From: Gemmatimonadota bacterium
GTDB taxonomy: Bacteria; Gemmatimonadota; Gemmatimonadetes; Gemmatimonadales; GWC2-71-9
NCBI GenBank assembly: GCA_039591655.1
Contig: JBDHDE010000077.1
Location: 1 to 10,062 of the forward strand
Reading direction: 5' to 3'
DNA length: 10,062 nucleotides
The notes beneath the pieces were generated by a model that was not told the DNA's origin, did not search any database, and saw only the letters and a list, made by a program, of their open reading frames with translations. Each line of letters opens with the position of its first letter. Position 1 is the stretch's first letter. Shown here piece by piece: positions 6,378-10,062 of this stretch. Both the position numbers and the translations under genes were made by a program.

Positions 6378-7154
6378 CTATCCCGCGAGCAGCAGCCCCA
6401 ACGTCACCACGTTAGCCGTCACGAGGGACCATCCCACGCGCTTGAGCCGCCGTGGGTGTACCCGCAGCGCCCAGATCACGAGAACCGCCAGCGCCGGGGG
6501 GACCAGAGCGAGGCCCACTGCCCACGGCAGTCGTCCGATGACGGCGCCGAGCACGCCAAACCCCGCCGCCGCGATAGCGAGCACCGGGACCGCTAAGCCC
6601 AGCCCGCCCGCCGTCGACGCTCGCTTGTGAGTGTCCTTGATGCCGTGCACCGCAACCGTGCCCAGCGTGAAGCTCACGAACCACACGCCGGTGGCCGCCC
6701 AGGCGAAGCCCCACCCAGCCCCGCCGGCCAGCGCCACGGGGAGCAGCGTGGTGGAGAAGTGCGCGACGACGAGGAGCTCGGCCCCAAGCGTCTTCACCTG
6801 ACCGCGGATCAGCGCGGGAAGCAGCGCCAACGCCAGGGCGGCCGGGACCAACGCCGCGAGCCGAGCCGGCGGCGTAGCCAGCACGAACCCGAGGATGGCG
6901 CAGCCGAGCCCCCCCGCCACCAGCCACCGCAGCCTCGAGCGGGCCGCGACGGCCAGTTCCCGCCGCAGACGATCGCCGCGGCGGCCTGCCAGCACGGCCG
7001 CCGGCTCGTGCGCCAGGAAGAGGGCGACGGCCGACACGGCGAATGCGATGGCCGCCACCCCCGGCCGGCCGGCTGCGAGGCCGGTGGCCAGCGGGAAGGC
7101 CAGCTCGGCGTAGGCGCCGTGCTCGCGCGGAAGAAGAGAGCGTGAAGTGGACAC
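6378..7154 (-). CDS. YwiC-like family membrane protein
   Basis: N-terminal LLPREHGAY matches the P-x-E-H-G-A-W signature of the family. There are about 8 hydrophobic segments and a C-terminal LKRVGW motif. The start is uncertain: GTG 7154 (GGAG upstream) is preferred over GTG 7175. Confidence 0.85.
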   Translation of the reverse strand: MSTSRSLLPREHGAYAELAFPLATGLAAGRPGVAAIAFAVSAVALFLAHEPAAVLAGRRGDRLRRELAVAARSRLRWLVAGGLGCAILGFVLATPPARLAALVPAALALALLPALIRGQVKTLGAELLVVAHFSTTLLPVALAGGAGWGFAWAATGVWFVSFTLGTVAVHGIKDTHKRASTAGGLGLAVPVLAIAAAGFGVLGAVIGRLPWAVGLALVPPALAVLVIWALRVHPRRLKRVGWSLVTANVVTLGLLLAG

Positions 7155-7234
7155 TGATTGCCGGGCTCCGGGCACGCCTCGGACCGGGTTCGAATCTAAT
7201 ACTCGGGATTCTGTTCTGGGTCGCGCCCATGCGA

Positions 7235-7266
7235 AGGCGCCCGCCAGTGCTTCCCGGCGGGCGCCT
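7235..7266 (-). terminator. Putative terminator downstream of the 82-aa gene
   Basis: AGGCGCCCGCC (7235-7245) / GGCGGGCGCCT (7256-7266) form an 11-bp perfect stem with a 10-nt loop, 33 nt after the stop. The U-tail is minimal. Confidence 0.55.
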
Positions 7267-7299
7267 CACCTGCGCAGACACCGTCCCAGCTGGGCTCGC

Positions 7300-7548
7300 T
7301 TACGCCAGCCCCAGCCTCCCCTCCAGGTGACCCCGCACCGAGGGAGTGATCACGCCGCGGGTCTGCAGGTCGTTCAGTGTCTCCGTGATCTGACCCCGGT
7401 CGGCATCGAGCTTGCGGTCGCGCAGCTCCTTGATGATGCGTGCGAGCCGCTGGTCGTACTCGCCGTGCTTGAACGAACCCGATGTCATTTCGGCGTGCAG
7501 CTCTTCCATCTTCTTCTTGAAGTGATCGAGCGTGATTCTCTCAGGCAT
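7300..7548 (-). CDS. Small hypothetical helical protein (82 aa) with two SHOCT-like units
   Basis: SD TGGAG 7 nt upstream of the ATG. The composition is protein-like (Lys/Glu/Leu-rich, unlike the shadow ORFs). It has its own promoter and a downstream hairpin. Confidence 0.85.
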   Translation of the reverse strand: MPERITLDHFKKKMEELHAEMTSGSFKHGEYDQRLARIIKELRDRKLDADRGQITETLNDLQTRGVITPSVRGHLEGRLGLA

Positions 7549-7581
7549 TCAGATGCTCCAACGTGGTGGTGGTTGCAGAAG

Positions 7582-7610
7582 AGTATGCTTCCCGGGAATC
7601 GGTTTGTAAA
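7582..7610 (-). promoter_or_regulatory. Sigma70-type promoter of the 82-aa gene
   Basis: Minus strand TTTACA (7610-7605), 17-nt spacer, CATACT (7587-7582), immediately after the purL stop codon. Confidence 0.65.
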
Positions 7611-7616
7611 CGCCCC

Positions 7617-10061
7617 CTACCCGCCGTTCTCCTCGCACCACTCCCGGGCGTTCTGGAACATCTTGAGCCAGGGAGAGGCCGCCATGGTGTGCCTCCACTC
7701 CTTGGGCACCCAGCCCCATTGCCACAGCTTGAACGCGCGCTCGGGGTGAGGCATCATCACCAGGTGGCGGCCGTCGGGAGAGCAGAGCCCGGCGATCCCC
7801 CGCGGCGAGCCGTTGGGGTTGAAGGGGTAGGCCTCGGAGATGCCCCCTGCATCGTCCACGAACCGGATGGGCGCGAGCGCTTCCCGATCGACCCGCTCCA
7901 GGACCGCTCCGTCGGGGAAGAAGGCGCGCCCCTCGCCGTGGGCGACCCAGATCCCCAACGTTGCCCCGGCCATCTCCCGCAGCATCAGCGCCGGGCTCTC
8001 CTGGATCTGCACGGCCGTGAACCGTGACTCGAAGCGGCCCGAGGCGTTCTGGATGAAGCGGGGCTGCCCGGCATCCCCGATCCCCTCCCACGGCACCCAG
8101 CCCAGCAGAGCCAGGAGCTGGCAGCCGTTGCACACCCCCAGGCTGAACGTGTCCGGACGATCCCGGAAGGCGTCGAACTGCTCGCGCAGCTCGTCATTGA
8201 ATCGAATCACACCCGCCCACCCCTTGGCCGAATCCAGCACGTCGGCGTAGCTGAAGCCGCCAGTCGCTACGACGCCCCGGAATCCCCGGAGGTCCACCCG
8301 ACCAGCGATGAGATCCGACATCACCACATCCCACGGCTCGAAGCCGGCAGCGTAGAACGCCGAGGTCATCTCGCGGTCCCCGTTGCTTCCTTCCTCCCTG
8401 AGAATGGCGACCCGGGGCTTGGTCGCGACCTCGAGGACGGCCGGGGGAGTCGGCTGCGGCGTGTACGGCACCGCGAACACGGGCCCGGTGCGATGCCGCA
8501 GGCCCTTCCGTTCCTCTTCCACGCGATCGGGGTCGGCCTGGAGCCGGTCCAACTCGAAGCTCGTCGCCTCCCAGAGATCCCGCAGATCGCGCACGTCTTC
8601 CTCCAGCACCACTGCGCCGTTGTATTGCAGGCGAACGACGCTGCCGCTGGACGTCGCGCCAATGGGCACGCATGGGACGCGGGCCCGCTGGAACGCCTCC
8701 AGCACGAATGCCTCGTTCTCCCCTGCCACCTCGAGGACCACCCCCAGCTCCTCGGAGAAGAGGAACGACAGGGGATCAGCGGTGCCGCCACTGAGCTGGA
8801 CGTCAATCCCTGTGTTCCCGGCAAAGGCCATCTCCAGCAGCGTGGTGATGAGCCCGCCGTCCGAGCGGTCGTGGCCGGCTGTTACACGCCGTTGGTCGAT
8901 GAGCTCTTGCACGACGTTGAAGGCCCGCTTGAGCAGTCCTGCGTCTTCCACGTCTGGCGCTTCGTCTCCCACCTGTCCGTAGACCTGAGCCAGAGCCGAG
9001 CCGCCCAAGCGGTGCCGGCCGCCACCCAGGTCCACGTAGAGCAGCTTCCCCGTGCCCGGCAGCTCCAGATCGGGGGTCACCGTCTTGCTGATGTCCGGGC
9101 AGGTGACGTAGGCCGAGATCACCAGGGAACCCGGTGCCTTCACCGTCTCGTCACCGCTCTTGCCGGCTGGGGCGTGGGCCGCCATTGACAGGCTGTCCTT
9201 GCCGCCGTCGATGGCGATTCCCAGCTGCAGCAGGATGTCGTGGAGCGCCTGGGCCGCTTCGTACAGCGCCGCACCCTCTCCGGGGAGCTTGGCCGCCCAC
9301 ATCCAGTTGCCCGAGCATTTCACGTCCTCCAGGGCACTCACCTTGGCCCACACCAGATTCGTGAGGGCCTCGCCCACGCACAGGCGCGCCATGGCCGCGT
9401 TGTCCACCAGGCCTTTGAGGGGCTGCTCACCGATCGCAGTCGCCGCCCCTGTGGTGCCGAAGTGGCTCTGGGCGATCACCGCTGCGTCGCCCACGGTGAG
9501 CTGTAGCGGACCGGTGCACTGCTGCTGGGCGATGAGTCCAGTCACGCTGCGGTCGACCTTGGTCGTGAGGAACCGCTTGGACCCCACGGACAGGAGCCGC
9601 AGCACCCGGTCCAGGGCTTCTCTCACGGTGAGGTCGGCCGGCAGGCTAAGCGGCTCGAGCCGGGGCGCTATGCGCTCGATCTCGAATGTTTTCTGCGGCA
9701 TGTCCCCCAGGACGGCATCGAGCGCGAGGTCCACCGGCGCGGAGTCGTCCGCCTCGTCGTGCACCACGATCTTGCCGTCGCCCGTGACGCGACCGACGAA
9801 GGCGAAGGGCACCTTCTCCCGCTCGCACAGCGCCTCGAACAACTCGCCGTGCTCGGGCAGCAACAGCAGGGCATCGTTCTCCTGATACTCCGCGCCCCAG
9901 ATCTCCAGCACCGACAGTGTCTCGTCCCCCACCGGGACCTCCCGCACTTCGATCGTGGCCCCCGCCGGGTCGACGATCTCCTTGAGCACGTTGCAATTGC
10001 CGCCGGCGCCCTGATCGTGGATGCTCACGATGGGGTTGCGCTCCCCGAGCTCGACGCAGGC
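7617..10061 (-). CDS. purL: Phosphoribosylformylglycinamidine (FGAM) synthase, large single-chain form; 5' part lies outside the window
   Basis: The frame stays open past the track's start to the window edge (ACVELGERNPIVSIHDQGAGG). Synthetase motifs HDQGAGG, GAEYQE, GGKDSLSM and HDRSDGG. Fused glutaminase domain with GGFSYAD, GVCNGCQ (Cys nucleophile), NPNGS and MPHPER (His/Glu). Confidence 0.97.
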   Translation of the reverse strand, partial: ACVELGERNPIVSIHDQGAGGNCNVLKEIVDPAGATIEVREVPVGDETLSVLEIWGAEYQENDALLLLPEHGELFEALCEREKVPFAFVGRVTGDGKIVVHDEADDSAPVDLALDAVLGDMPQKTFEIERIAPRLEPLSLPADLTVREALDRVLRLLSVGSKRFLTTKVDRSVTGLIAQQQCTGPLQLTVGDAAVIAQSHFGTTGAATAIGEQPLKGLVDNAAMARLCVGEALTNLVWAKVSALEDVKCSGNWMWAAKLPGEGAALYEAAQALHDILLQLGIAIDGGKDSLSMAAHAPAGKSGDETVKAPGSLVISAYVTCPDISKTVTPDLELPGTGKLLYVDLGGGRHRLGGSALAQVYGQVGDEAPDVEDAGLLKRAFNVVQELIDQRRVTAGHDRSDGGLITTLLEMAFAGNTGIDVQLSGGTADPLSFLFSEELGVVLEVAGENEAFVLEAFQRARVPCVPIGATSSGSVVRLQYNGAVVLEEDVRDLRDLWEATSFELDRLQADPDRVEEERKGLRHRTGPVFAVPYTPQPTPPAVLEVATKPRVAILREEGSNGDREMTSAFYAAGFEPWDVVMSDLIAGRVDLRGFRGVVATGGFSYADVLDSAKGWAGVIRFNDELREQFDAFRDRPDTFSLGVCNGCQLLALLGWVPWEGIGDAGQPRFIQNASGRFESRFTAVQIQESPALMLREMAGATLGIWVAHGEGRAFFPDGAVLERVDREALAPIRFVDDAGGISEAYPFNPNGSPRGIAGLCSPDGRHLVMMPHPERAFKLWQWGWVPKEWRHTMAASPWLKMFQNAREWCEENGG

Positions 10062-10062
10062 C

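Noticed and set aside
7563..7573. Short (GTG)n run in the leader of the 82-aa gene as a phase-variable repeat
   Set aside because: It has only about three units, which is too short to support slippage.
7147..9996. Many overlapping ORFs within or opposite purL and its neighbours (e.g. 7549..8133, 8493..9188, 9160..9885)
   Set aside because: They are the off-frame and antisense ORFs expected in high-GC coding DNA, and show no recognisable motifs.
1..10062. CRISPR array, tRNA/rRNA, IS element, integrase or defence system
   Set aside because: No spaced direct repeats, cloverleaf structures, transposase or recombinase motifs, or recognisable defence domains were seen.

Overview
GC-rich bacterial DNA (roughly 70% GC by eye). 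The gene content suggests Gemmatimonadota, though that assignment is inference. Almost all genes are on the minus strand. From right to left: the 3' ~2.4 kb of a single-chain (large) FGAM synthase purL whose motifs match the plant/animal PFAS type rather than the E. coli type; an 82-aa protein with two SHOCT-like helical units and its own sigma70-like promoter; a YwiC-like membrane protein; a divergent pair made of a 92-aa TM/coiled-coil (PspB-like) protein and a 346-aa Zn-ribbon/TM hypothetical protein; a ~4-TM hypothetical protein; a secreted DinB-like protein with an altered His motif; a Hanks-type Ser/Thr kinase with TM, TolB_N-like and TPR domains; and the 5' part of a probable membrane sensor histidine kinase that the ORF track missed. 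The most notable non-coding signal is a pair of near-identical, outward-facing ECF-sigma-like promoters (GGCAAC-N17-TGTYTCAC) between the divergent genes. The same region holds a central palindrome and an 11-bp inverted repeat. No RNA genes, CRISPR arrays or mobile elements were seen.
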